NCBI GenBank assembly: GCA_037310415.1
Contig: CP147780.1
Location: 1,024,001-1,088,000 of the forward strand
Source of the DNA: Candidatus Atabeyarchaeum deiterrae
Lineage (GTDB): Archaea; Asgardarchaeota; Atabeyarchaeia; Atabeyarchaeales; Atabeyarchaeaceae
DNA: 64,000 nt
Reading direction: 5' to 3'
How positions within the stretch are numbered: the stretch's first letter is position 1; each line of letters begins with the position of its first letter. Positions 18,614 to 28,398 of this stretch are shown in pieces. A model generated the notes under the pieces. It made no database searches. It was not told the origin of the DNA and saw only the letters and a program-made list of their open reading frames with translations. The position numbers were made by a program, and so were the translations under genes.

Positions 18614-19331
18614 GGGACTGCTAATCATCCACGAGAGTGGAGCTCCCATCTACTCTTTTTCTATGCAGAAGATGAGTGATGACCAGCAATTGCTGCTCTC
18701 AGGATTCCTGTCGGCCATAGAGTCTTTTGCTAGTGAGACATCCGTCTCCCCAGATGGTGGCTCAATTCACTCAATAGAATTGTCTCAGTTGCTGCTCACG
18801 TTTAGGATCCTCAATCTTCAGAATGATAAAGGTGGGCTGATCCAATACTATTTTGTGCTTATCTCGGATGTAGCGAAGAAGACTCTGCCCGACAATGAGT
18901 CACTTTTGGAGTACGTGATTCTGAACTTCTTGAGCTACAAGAACGGGGACTTTCGAAGGAAGATGAAGCAGACTGGTTACAAGAGAGAAGAGTTCTCGGA
19001 ATTCGACGAGTTCATGAAGAAGATTATGAACCAGGATTGGAATTCAATCAGGAAGAAGGTTAAGCCGGTACCTGGGTCTCTAGTTCAAGGTGTTCTCAAC
19101 GAGATTCGGGACTATATTCCTCTGGATCAGATATTACAACTGCATCCAAAGATAGTTCGTCTTGGTACGTCGTATGCTTTGCTGTCGGATGACCTTCCAG
19201 AGACTGAAGTAGAGGATTTGCTTGATAGAATAAGGCAGAAGCTCTCTCGACTTTTTGGGGAGGACCTTTACAATTCAATTGTAGATGAAGTCAAAAAACA
19301 GTTGAATGCACAGGTCGGAACGTCAGTATAG
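18606..19331 (+). CDS. Longin-like domain protein (Asgard type)
   Basis: GTG 18606 after GAGGTGG overlaps the upstream stop. LLIIHESGAPIYS ... LLSGFLSAIESFASE ... IHSIEL is a longin pattern. Confidence 0.7.
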   Translation: MLRGLLIIHESGAPIYSFSMQKMSDDQQLLLSGFLSAIESFASETSVSPDGGSIHSIELSQLLLTFRILNLQNDKGGLIQYYFVLISDVAKKTLPDNESLLEYVILNFLSYKNGDFRRKMKQTGYKREEFSEFDEFMKKIMNQDWNSIRKKVKPVPGSLVQGVLNEIRDYIPLDQILQLHPKIVRLGTSYALLSDDLPETEVEDLLDRIRQKLSRLFGEDLYNSIVDEVKKQLNAQVGTSV

Positions 19332-19440
19332 ACCAACGATTGTGTTCTTTTTCTCCACGATCGGGCGTTGGGTTGTCAAAAAAAGTAGGTTGTGGAGGTT
19401 AACTGCTTCTTGTATCTATTGAGTCCAAATTCTGTAGGTT

Positions 19441-19806
19441 CTAAGCGAGAGGCAATGCCCATCCGATCGAGGAGCCTGCGAGCACTAAGTGGAGTATGTA
19501 CAATACTATTTCGGCTATGAAAGCTATGATAATAGACTTGTCCCATGCGATGTCAATGAGTACATGTGCGAGTACTATGATTGCAGTATACGCAATTATT
19601 GCGAGTAAGCCGCCTAGATAGAATATGCTAGCAACGTATCCGAGCGCGTAGACTATGGGTATGGTAACCAAAGCAGTCAATAGTATCATAAGCAACTTAT
19701 CGCTACTCTTTCGTGCTCCAGCCACGATCCGAGTTGCCAACCAAAGAACAATGAATAGCACCAGAACCTGTATTAAGAACTCAACCCATCCTAATTCTCC
19801 AGCCAT
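19441..19806 (-). CDS. Small 4-TM membrane protein
   Basis: Four hydrophobic segments; ATG preceded by GGTG. Confidence 0.7.
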   Translation of the reverse strand: MAGELGWVEFLIQVLVLFIVLWLATRIVAGARKSSDKLLMILLTALVTIPIVYALGYVASIFYLGGLLAIIAYTAIIVLAHVLIDIAWDKSIIIAFIAEIVLYILHLVLAGSSIGWALPLA

Positions 19807-19976
19807 TCTTCACACACCAGCTGTTTGAATTATCTTGTGGTTTCAAGCTACTTGATCTGAAGCGTTTGATAAGCTTTTTGTTTTAGGGTCACGACTCGCT
19901 CAAGATAGTTTCACACCGAATTGACTCTTCCTTTTTGCTGGAATATTCTGTTTGGTGCATCTTGACTCTCATTTGG

Positions 19977-20921
19977 CTAGAAGGTTCGGATATCAGGTAA
20001 AAGGGAGTCGACACTGTCGATTTTCTTTGACAGATCTGTGTCAATATATGCTCTCTTCCAATCTGGTCTGCCATATTTTGCCGAGAATACAGTAAGTACG
20101 CTTTTTGAGACGACCGTGTAACCCGCCCCATCGTTGCACTCATGCGCTCTGATCAGGACTTTTGCGCCAATTCGTTTCAGGAAGCTCTCAGCGGCATCTT
20201 CACCAAAGTACCGTATCTTGGCGAGTCCGAGGGGATCCCTTCCGTAGTTTTGTTGAAATCCGTGTATCTCGGGCCGTGGATCATTCCAGAGCAGTTGTTC
20301 CAAGTCTTCGCTTTCAAGGTTTGCGACTTGCTCAAGGGCAGATACGTTTTCTGGTATGCCGCCATGTACAGCAAAGATTCCATTAGCAGTGAGAACAGCG
20401 TGTGGGAATTCTGCAAAAAGTCTGTTGCACAATGCGTAGATTTCGTTGCCCACGTGAGGATATTTGCTCATGACTTCATCTATGAAGCCATAGCGCGAGT
20501 TGACGTCGGGCAACTCATGGTTGCCTCTAAGCATGATCACGCTTACTTTATGTTGGATTTTCAATCTGAAAATTCTTATCAAGACTTCCACAGATTTTGT
20601 TCCTCTATCAACGAGGTCACCTAGGAATACGAGGTATTTTCTCTTAGAGTCTGACGTCTTTACGGCAGATCCTGTCCGACGTAGTACTTCATCTACACTT
20701 TCGAGTTCACCATGAATATCCCCGACAAACACTACTCTACCATGTGCAGGCAGTTTGATAAGTCTGTTATCAACTATAGCCTCAGCGCCGAGCCTGCCTC
20801 GCTCTCGCTCCTCATGAAGAGTCTTCATAACCTTTACTATCAATTCCTCAAATTCATCTGATGACACAAGAACCATTCCCAACCTGCTCTCCCAATCTTG
20901 TCCAAGCTCAGAGCCGTTCAT
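19977..20921 (-). CDS. PPP-family Ser/Thr protein phosphatase
   Basis: GDIHG, GDLVDRG, RGNHE, YGF, VHGG, LLWNDP, FG, IRAHE, TVFSA. Confidence 0.92.
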   Translation of the reverse strand: MNGSELGQDWESRLGMVLVSSDEFEELIVKVMKTLHEERERGRLGAEAIVDNRLIKLPAHGRVVFVGDIHGELESVDEVLRRTGSAVKTSDSKRKYLVFLGDLVDRGTKSVEVLIRIFRLKIQHKVSVIMLRGNHELPDVNSRYGFIDEVMSKYPHVGNEIYALCNRLFAEFPHAVLTANGIFAVHGGIPENVSALEQVANLESEDLEQLLWNDPRPEIHGFQQNYGRDPLGLAKIRYFGEDAAESFLKRIGAKVLIRAHECNDGAGYTVVSKSVLTVFSAKYGRPDWKRAYIDTDLSKKIDSVDSLLPDIRTF

Positions 20922-21152
20922 GACCAGCGTACAAATTCGACGCCGAGCTGTCTTGTCTCCTGTACTGAAGGTGTTAGAAAATCGTGCTTAAATACGAATG
21001 CGTGACCAGTCGCATTAAGTTCCGGGACATAATCAGCTCGATTGCAGCAGACGGAATGGCCAATAAGCAGAAGAAAATGTAGAACTTGAAATGATTGGAG
21101 GTCTTGAGGCGAATCAAGAATCTTCCCTCCCTATCGTTTTCCTCCCTTCTGT

Positions 21153-22010
21153 TCAGAGGCACCATTCGCAAATACCCTGACTTGTAACACAGTGGTTGCA
21201 CCCATTCTTGCCACATTTCCTGCAAGTTATGCTTGTGGCACAGTTCCTGCAGTAGACTTCTTCCTCAACCTCGCAGAATATCGCGTCGTCCATGCAAACC
21301 TGTGTTCCGCAAACCTTGCAGCCGAAAACATCGGTCACCCTATTACAGATCTCACATCTGGCTCTACCGGTGGAAGGATTCTCCTTAGCGAAGGACGACA
21401 ATGTCATAAGTTTAGCGGTCCCATTCAGGAGCAGACCAACGGCTTTGACGTAGCCATCTGTATTCAAGTTCGTTCTGATCGCGTAGTCTTCATTTTCTTT
21501 CTTCACTGTCTCAAGAAGTTGCTTTTCACTCACTCCAAGATCGGTTACAAGTTTCGGAGACAATAGGGATTTAGAGAAAAGGAACCATCTAGTCTTTGAC
21601 CTCCAAGCTACGAGCAGGTCGTCAAGATTCAGCGCATCTACAAGCCAGGACTGCCTCTCAACTCTTGCCTTTGATATCAGGAGAGGATCATGCCTGCTCT
21701 TACACTCTACTGCCCATCGTTTGTTGCCAGATAAGAGGAGGTAATCGAACACGTCTCCACGATCGATTATTTGTGTCTTGGCTAAATGCGGGGACAACTT
21801 CAGGCACAGAAAACCCTGTTCATGCATCACTTTCGCGAACTCAGATTCCCACTCGAATCCAACTAGAAACGTCTTAGTAAACATTGTTAGGTCATCCAAG
21901 TTCAAAGTCACATTGGTATCTTTGAAGTAACGGACTAGGCGGTAGAGCAAGTCTAGGAGCAAGTACTCCTCTTCTCGCGGGACTCTAGATACCAAAGTCT
22001 CAGACCACAC
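21153..22010 (-). CDS. Hjc-like PD-(D/E)xK nuclease fused to a Cys-rich zinc-binding C-terminus
   Basis: GFEWESEFAKVMHEQGF, FDYLLL, AVECKS; 14 Cys in the last ~70 aa. Confidence 0.7.
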   Translation of the reverse strand: MWSETLVSRVPREEEYLLLDLLYRLVRYFKDTNVTLNLDDLTMFTKTFLVGFEWESEFAKVMHEQGFLCLKLSPHLAKTQIIDRGDVFDYLLLSGNKRWAVECKSRHDPLLISKARVERQSWLVDALNLDDLLVAWRSKTRWFLFSKSLLSPKLVTDLGVSEKQLLETVKKENEDYAIRTNLNTDGYVKAVGLLLNGTAKLMTLSSFAKENPSTGRARCEICNRVTDVFGCKVCGTQVCMDDAIFCEVEEEVYCRNCATSITCRKCGKNGCNHCVTSQGICEWCL

Positions 22011-22372
22011 ATCAGTTATACTAATAAACCCAACTTGTTCGGATTATCCAACTCCCATGCTCCGAGCAGTTGAGCACACAACATTTTTCAGTTCCTGTCT
22101 GATAAGTATTTCTCATTATAGTAGAAAATAAATGATTGCGGTATTAAAACTAATGTTTTCCTGCCGAGAAAAGGAGTCCACATATAGCAAACGATATAGC
22201 GAATCATTTCCTAGTTCATCTCAGAACTCGTTTGACCATCTAGCTTTTTCTTCCGATGGCTTGTTCTCTCTGATCTCTCCCATAGAGAACAGAACTGGTA
22301 CGCTTATTAGTTTCAATGATTAGATGTACCCTCACTGTATGTAGAAACAAAGACTTGGAAGGTTTGAGGACT

Positions 22373-25300
22373 TTGGCAGAGAAACCTGCACTGACTCAGA
22401 TGCTTAAGGCAAATGCTGGCCTCAGCGACCAATCGGCAAGCGTGTATAAGTATATTCTGATGGTAGGATCCCTTACCGTCGGAGAGGTCTGCGAATATAC
22501 TGGCTTTGACTATCAAACAGCTTCTAAAGCACTAAAAGAGCTGACCGAAGGAAAGCTGATTCGGAAACTCACGCACGTAGTGGAGCGATACGTCGCCGTA
22601 GCGCCTTACAAGGCTTTTGCGGAGCGTCTAGTTGAGTTTCAGAGGACAATGAAGCAAGTAGAAGAGAACGCAAGGAAAACTACCGAGTCGACTCTCGCAG
22701 AAATCTCCAGGGTCAATGAGGAATGGAAAAAGAGCGCAAACAAAATGAAAGAGGACCAAGTGAGCCAGGCAAAGCGCGAAATCGCAACTCTCAAAGACGA
22801 AGCCGAGAACACTCGCAGCAGTCTCATGGAGAAACTGAAGCAGGAAACAGAGACAAAGAAGACAAGCGTCAGCGAAATGCTCAAGAGCCATATGGATGAA
22901 CATGCTTCAAGAGTTACAGAAACGAAAAAAGATATTGCAGTCAGAATGGATAATTCTGTGGCGAAGTTTGATGAGGTCGCCACAAAACTCAAAGAGGAAG
23001 CCACTCAAACAACTTCGAGATACATCACCAGTCTCGATGTAAAGATACAGTTGTTTATCAAAGCAGTGAAAGACAACCTGACCGTGTTCCAGTCAGGGTT
23101 TTCCTCCCTTATTGAAGATCTTCAAGGGGAGACTTCCACGTTTCTTGATGATTCCAGCTCGAAGATAGACCAACTCGTGGCAGACGTGAAGACCGGCGCT
23201 GACAAGTTGATGCGTGAAGCTGATCAATCCTACCTTCAACTCCTAACACAGCTGAAGAGAACCATATCAGAAAACGTCGAATCAACAACTGGAGCGGTCT
23301 CCACAGAGAACAACCAACTACAGTCAGATTTAGCGAATGGGCTTCGAATATACGGAGAAAAAGCCGCCGAATCAATTGACAACTTCCAGAAGAAAACAAG
23401 GGAAGCAATAGAAGGATGGAAATCCCTTCACAGAGACGAGTTAGGAAACCGATTCACAGCTCTAAAAGAGGTGACTGACAAGCATCTTGAGGATCTCGGT
23501 CAGAAACTGGAGTTGACAAGAGAGCAGATGCCTGAAACCCTGAACGCCTATTCGACAAGTGCGATTAGAGTCTCAGGCGAATTCAGCTCCAATATTAGTG
23601 TGATGATCGATTCCCTAAAGAATGACTTCTTCTCGGGGACAACTCCAGTCGGCGATGAGTTGCAAAGGTCGTGTGACGCTGTTGGGAAAGACTGTTCTTC
23701 ACTTGCTTCCGTGATGGAATCTCTGTCAAAAAAGAATGTGCCTCTGGCTTCGAAGGCTATTTCGGATTTTACTTCTGATCTTAGTAGCAGACTGTCAAAA
23801 ACCATGGCGCGCGCCGTTGAGAATGCCAAATCTTATGCTCAGGAAGCAAAACAAGATGTCTTGAAGGCGATCTCAACCGCTGAAAAAGGAAGGCAACTCT
23901 CAGGCGACGGTACGGCCAGAGCAGAAACTCTGAAGAAAGAGATATCTGGTATGATAGATGACGCTGTGAAGACTTACATCGAGGGTGCAAAGAAAAATGT
24001 CGAAGACCTGGAGAAACTGACTTCTGAAAGAATATCAAGCATCGCAAAATTCGAGGAAGAACTGGAAAAGAAATGGGGAAGCATCACTCCCATACTTGGG
24101 AGAATCGCCGATCTAGCTGATAGCATCAGATCATTTCCCCAAAGAATCGGCAAAGTCACCAGTGAACTGGTCAAACAATATGGCAAGAAGGCAGATTCCG
24201 CTGTATCATCGATGAAGAGAATGCTCAACGTTCACTCAACCCAACTCGGAGACGCGGTAACAAACACGCTCAAAAAATGGAATGCCACACTTGAAAAAAC
24301 TAAGAAAGAGTTGGGGGATCTATCTTCAAGAAGACAAAGGGAACTAGAAGAACTCTTCTCTCAACATATTAGCGCCGCAGAAAAGATTACAGATGACCGA
24401 ATCAAAGAGCTGGCAGACTTGGTATTCACGAGAATCGAAGCCTTCAAGGCGGAGAATTCAAACGCGCAGGCAAACATATCTAAGTACGTTGCTTCGAACA
24501 TGGACAAAAGCAGAACATCATTCAAGAATCTTGAGAGCAATTTGAAGAATGCCCTTGATTCAAGTGGAGTATCTTTCAAGACGGTTGTCGAGTCGAAATG
24601 CACCGAAAACGAACAACTGTCTGCAACCATCATTGATCAGATCACAAAGACTACAACGAGCCTTAAAGAAAGGTTTGAATCGATCGCCAAGGAAGGAAAG
24701 GAGCAAATCAAACAAGTATGTGAGGACACCGTGTCAAGGCTGAGTGAATCAGCCTCGGAAAGTAGCAAGGAGTTACATGACATCGTATCATCATTAACCG
24801 GTTCTTTCAATGGAATAGTCGATACAGCAAATGAAAGTTACAGGAACGAATGTGTAACGACTAAAACGATTGTGGTCAACCTTCTCTCGCAACACCTCAA
24901 GGACTACACTGAAGCCGTAAACAAGGTCATCAATGAAGTGAATCTTATGCTCTCAGAGCACTTCGAGGACTGCAACCAAGTAACAAGCGAGTTCAACAGG
25001 AAACTAGGTGAAATGCTGACTTCGCATCAGAACAAATTCGAGGAATCATCGAGCAAGATGGTTGCAGAATTGACAAATTGCATAGACCGCGATGAGACTA
25101 CGGTAAAGGGCAACTCAAACAGAATGCTTAAGGAGTTCACCGACAACACAACAAAGGTTGGCAAAGAAGCAAACTCAATTGAGACGGTCATGAGGACAGC
25201 ATGGGTAGAGATAACAGACACTCAGCAGATCAACGCTGACAAGACATGGCACTATGTAACAAAACAAGCAATACTAAACCATTTGAAAGACATGGTAAGA

Positions 25301-25666
25301 AGATCCAAGTCGACTGTCACGATTGTGGTGCCGACTTTGGAGGAAGCGCCGTTGGATGAAATCAAAGCTATAAGCAAAGCAATAAGAATCAATATAGTTG
25401 CTGGAGTTGACGAGACACTGCAGAAGAAGCTACTCCAGGATCTACTTACGCAAGGCAACATAAGAATATGGTCTCTTACCGAAAAAGCATATATAAGTTG
25501 CACGAGGGACGCCGAAGAAGTGCTTGTCGCTCCTGTCGCACGAAAAGACACTGACTGTGTAGCAACTGTAAGCGTGGAGGAAAACTACGTCAAGCTCTAT
25601 CACAAATTCATAGGACCAATGTGGATGGCATCCTCAAGAGAGATAAAAGAGAGAGCGTTGAGGTGA
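22373..25666 (+). CDS. TrmB-like HTH protein with ~900-aa helical/coiled-coil insert and C-terminal TrmB effector-like domain
   Basis: N-terminal VYKYILMVGSLTVGEVCEYTG...ALKELTEGKLI...YVAVAP; long amphipathic helical middle; C-terminal MVRRSKSTVTIVVP...RDAEEVLVAP. TTG 22373 follows GAGG (the ORF track opens at 22316). Confidence 0.75.
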   Translation: MAEKPALTQMLKANAGLSDQSASVYKYILMVGSLTVGEVCEYTGFDYQTASKALKELTEGKLIRKLTHVVERYVAVAPYKAFAERLVEFQRTMKQVEENARKTTESTLAEISRVNEEWKKSANKMKEDQVSQAKREIATLKDEAENTRSSLMEKLKQETETKKTSVSEMLKSHMDEHASRVTETKKDIAVRMDNSVAKFDEVATKLKEEATQTTSRYITSLDVKIQLFIKAVKDNLTVFQSGFSSLIEDLQGETSTFLDDSSSKIDQLVADVKTGADKLMREADQSYLQLLTQLKRTISENVESTTGAVSTENNQLQSDLANGLRIYGEKAAESIDNFQKKTREAIEGWKSLHRDELGNRFTALKEVTDKHLEDLGQKLELTREQMPETLNAYSTSAIRVSGEFSSNISVMIDSLKNDFFSGTTPVGDELQRSCDAVGKDCSSLASVMESLSKKNVPLASKAISDFTSDLSSRLSKTMARAVENAKSYAQEAKQDVLKAISTAEKGRQLSGDGTARAETLKKEISGMIDDAVKTYIEGAKKNVEDLEKLTSERISSIAKFEEELEKKWGSITPILGRIADLADSIRSFPQRIGKVTSELVKQYGKKADSAVSSMKRMLNVHSTQLGDAVTNTLKKWNATLEKTKKELGDLSSRRQRELEELFSQHISAAEKITDDRIKELADLVFTRIEAFKAENSNAQANISKYVASNMDKSRTSFKNLESNLKNALDSSGVSFKTVVESKCTENEQLSATIIDQITKTTTSLKERFESIAKEGKEQIKQVCEDTVSRLSESASESSKELHDIVSSLTGSFNGIVDTANESYRNECVTTKTIVVNLLSQHLKDYTEAVNKVINEVNLMLSEHFEDCNQVTSEFNRKLGEMLTSHQNKFEESSSKMVAELTNCIDRDETTVKGNSNRMLKEFTDNTTKVGKEANSIETVMRTAWVEITDTQQINADKTWHYVTKQAILNHLKDMVRRSKSTVTIVVPTLEEAPLDEIKAISKAIRINIVAGVDETLQKKLLQDLLTQGNIRIWSLTEKAYISCTRDAEEVLVAPVARKDTDCVATVSVEENYVKLYHKFIGPMWMASSREIKERALR

Positions 25667-25676
25667 TTCTACAGAC

Positions 25677-26882
25677 ATGTCAGATCTTGATTACGAACTA
25701 GGACTACTTGAGAAACTCGTGTCTTTGGATACGGATTCAAATGAAAAAAGGAACTATGAGGAGTGTAGCAGACTAATATCAGGCGAAGCCAAAAGCGCAG
25801 GTCTGAAGGCCGAGATATTAGATGGAATTGAGGTTTTAAAGGATGATAAGCGACCTAGACCGAACGTAATTGTCGACCTAGATAAGAACTCGGATACTAC
25901 GCTCCTGCTTGTCACTCACTTTGATATTGTCCCCCCAGGAGGGGAATGGACTCATGACCCATTCAAACTTACAATCGAAAATGATAAAGCGTATGGCAGA
26001 GGAGCCAGCGACGACAAAGGCGCAATAGTCTCTTGCCTAGGTGCTCTCTCCAAACTTGCAGACGATAAGACGGCTGACGTAAACGTCAAGCTAATCATAA
26101 CGTGTGATGAGGAAGTTGGAGGAGAAGCCGGCATAGAATACCTCACTGACAGAGTCAAAATCAGAGGAGACGCAGCGCTAGTTGTTGATAGCGGACCTGA
26201 ATACGTGAGTTGTGGAGCAAGCGGAGTGATCTGGGGAAAGATAAAGGTAAAGGGTAAACAGGGTCATGCTGGATATCCGCACAGAGCAGTAAACGCAATT
26301 GAAGAAGCATTAAGGATGCTGTCCTCAATCCAGGACTACAAGAAGAAATTGGCGTCTGAGAAATCGAAGCTCAGAGCGCCACCTGACAGCCCTGAGAAGA
26401 ATGTCTGGCGGCGACTAACAGTTACAATGATACACGCAGGTGAGAAGGAGAACATTATCCCGGGTGAATGTGAGATCCGTTTCGATTTACGTGCGTTACC
26501 AGATGAGGATTTCAACATCATTAAAGGCAACACCGAGAGATTCATCACAAACGAAATTCGCAAGAAAGGTCTCGACGCTGAGTTTCAGATTGTACACTCC
26601 ATGTCTGGCTACTACACGGATCCAAATCATCCGTTACTGAGATCATTAGTTGAGGCTACTAGGAAAGTTTCGGGTCACGAGCTTCCTGTGGCGGCAGATC
26701 TTGGTGGCAATGATGGCACGTTCTTAGCTCGGGTCGGCGTGCCAGTCGCATGCTTCGGTCCTCTCCGGGAAGGAACCAACTACCATGGCAAAGATGAGTT
26801 TGTCTATCCAGCAGACATAGCATTCGCTCGTGATGTGATTGTGAAGCTATGCCAAGAAGGCAGAAGCAAGTTGAAAAGGTAG
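25677..26882 (+). CDS. M20 family metallopeptidase / ArgE-DapE deacylase
   Basis: THFDIVP, YGRGASDDKG, DEEVGG, GKQGHA, ENIIPG, GGND, YHGKDE. Confidence 0.92.
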   Translation: MSDLDYELGLLEKLVSLDTDSNEKRNYEECSRLISGEAKSAGLKAEILDGIEVLKDDKRPRPNVIVDLDKNSDTTLLLVTHFDIVPPGGEWTHDPFKLTIENDKAYGRGASDDKGAIVSCLGALSKLADDKTADVNVKLIITCDEEVGGEAGIEYLTDRVKIRGDAALVVDSGPEYVSCGASGVIWGKIKVKGKQGHAGYPHRAVNAIEEALRMLSSIQDYKKKLASEKSKLRAPPDSPEKNVWRRLTVTMIHAGEKENIIPGECEIRFDLRALPDEDFNIIKGNTERFITNEIRKKGLDAEFQIVHSMSGYYTDPNHPLLRSLVEATRKVSGHELPVAADLGGNDGTFLARVGVPVACFGPLREGTNYHGKDEFVYPADIAFARDVIVKLCQEGRSKLKR

Positions 26883-26945
26883 GCAGGCTCTGCCGAGCCA
26901 ATGGTGATAATTGTAACTTTTCCTGTTATACCTCTGCACGCCTCA

Positions 26946-27794
26946 TCAGGCGACCCCACGCCACTCCTTGAGCGCCTTCTCATATCTTTCAGGCGTTCCC
27001 GTGTCAAACCACTGACCCGAGAACACGTAGCCGTACAATTCACCCTTTTCAGCTATCCGCGGGAAGACGTCTTTCTCTATAAACGACATCCTTCCATCAG
27101 AGATCAAATCGATGACTGATGGCTCAAGAATATACAATCCAGTGTTTATGAGTTTTGAGGGCGCATCCTCCTTGCGGGGTTTTTCAACGAACTTGATTAT
27201 CTTGTTTCCTTCGAGTACTGCCACGCCATAGCTTGAGGGGTCGTCAACAGTGGTCAGAGCAATTGTTGCAGTGGCCCTGTTCTCACGGTGAGTTTGATAC
27301 ATCTTGTATAAATCGATGCTCATCAGGTTATCTCCATTCACCATTATGAAAGTATCTTTGAGAAGGTGCTTAGCAAGTCTGAGAGGTCCGCCTGTACCGA
27401 GTTCCTGCTCTTCCTCCACGAAAGTTATCTTAACGCCAAACCTCTTCTCATCGCGGAAATACTCCTTTATCTTTTCGCCAAGATATCCAATGCTTATGAC
27501 GATATCCCGAACCTCGTATGTCCGGAGCAAATCAATGACATGCTCAAGGATCGGCTTTCCTTGAAGCGGGACCAGTGGCTTGGGAATCTCATAGGTTATT
27601 GGGCGGAGCCGAGTTCCTTTGCCGCCAGCCAAGATGAAAGCTTTGAGAGGCATTTTCTCAACCAAGGCCCTCACAAGCAATGATTCGACTGCTTGAGAAA
27701 GATTCCTCAACTTAACACCATCAATCATTGAACTGATCTTCCGCACAACATCACTGTCGAGGGTTATTGAAAGCTTCTTTTTTCGTCTCATCAT
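26946..27794 (-). CDS. Sugar-phosphate nucleotidyltransferase with N-terminal ribbon-helix-helix domain
   Basis: ILAGGKGTRLRPIT, PKPL, LGTGG, VNGDNL, FVEKP, INTGLY, WFDTGTP; N-terminal KLSITLDSDVVRKI...NLSQAVESLL. Confidence 0.9.
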   Translation of the reverse strand: MMRRKKKLSITLDSDVVRKISSMIDGVKLRNLSQAVESLLVRALVEKMPLKAFILAGGKGTRLRPITYEIPKPLVPLQGKPILEHVIDLLRTYEVRDIVISIGYLGEKIKEYFRDEKRFGVKITFVEEEQELGTGGPLRLAKHLLKDTFIMVNGDNLMSIDLYKMYQTHRENRATATIALTTVDDPSSYGVAVLEGNKIIKFVEKPRKEDAPSKLINTGLYILEPSVIDLISDGRMSFIEKDVFPRIAEKGELYGYVFSGQWFDTGTPERYEKALKEWRGVA

Positions 27795-28038
27795 GTCAAT
27801 GCCAGCCCTGCCGTGGTTCTTCGGTATACGTTTACGAATCAGCTAGCTAACCATTGAAACGTCACGCACCAAACTATCTGAGCTTCAACAATACCTTGGT
27901 TGACAAGTTGAATTGAAGAGTAGAAAACCGATATAAGATTCACGTAATATAAATAGGTATCTTAACGGAAAAAGTGCTTAACTTGTCAGATACAAGCAAC
28001 CCTGACGCGATAGCAAAATTGGGGCGCGTGTTACTCAG

Positions 28039-28329
28039 ATGAACTTCTTGTCAGGCGAGCTGATCCTTGCAGGCATGCTCATCCTCTTGGTAGGCATTGC
28101 ATTCACAATCGCAGGGATAATTGCGGCATTATCTAGGCGAAGTTCTGGAGAAAACAGTGGCAAGAAAAAGAATAAGGGAAGTAACAGAAAGTCGCGAGGT
28201 GGTGGAGTAATACTCATAGGTCCTATTCCGATCCTTTTCGGAACCGATAGAAAGGCGCTAGCGATAACTATTTGTCTCGTGATATTGCTAGTGTTCCTTT
28301 ACCTCATGTTCCTTCTAGGTCATGGTTAG
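28039..28329 (+). CDS. DUF131 / TIGR00304 family membrane protein
   Basis: GGGVILIGPIPILFGTD between two TM helices. Confidence 0.88.
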   Translation: MNFLSGELILAGMLILLVGIAFTIAGIIAALSRRSSGENSGKKKNKGSNRKSRGGGVILIGPIPILFGTDRKALAITICLVILLVFLYLMFLLGHG

Positions 28330-28398
28330 GTTCGGCTCTTGAGTATCATAATTGATGTGGCAGACAAAGGATAATCGATCGCAGCAAAGAAACCCTAG

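Noticed and set aside
22373-25666. SMC or chemoreceptor call for the long helical protein
   Set aside because: No Walker A/B or signature motifs and no MCP hairpin motif.
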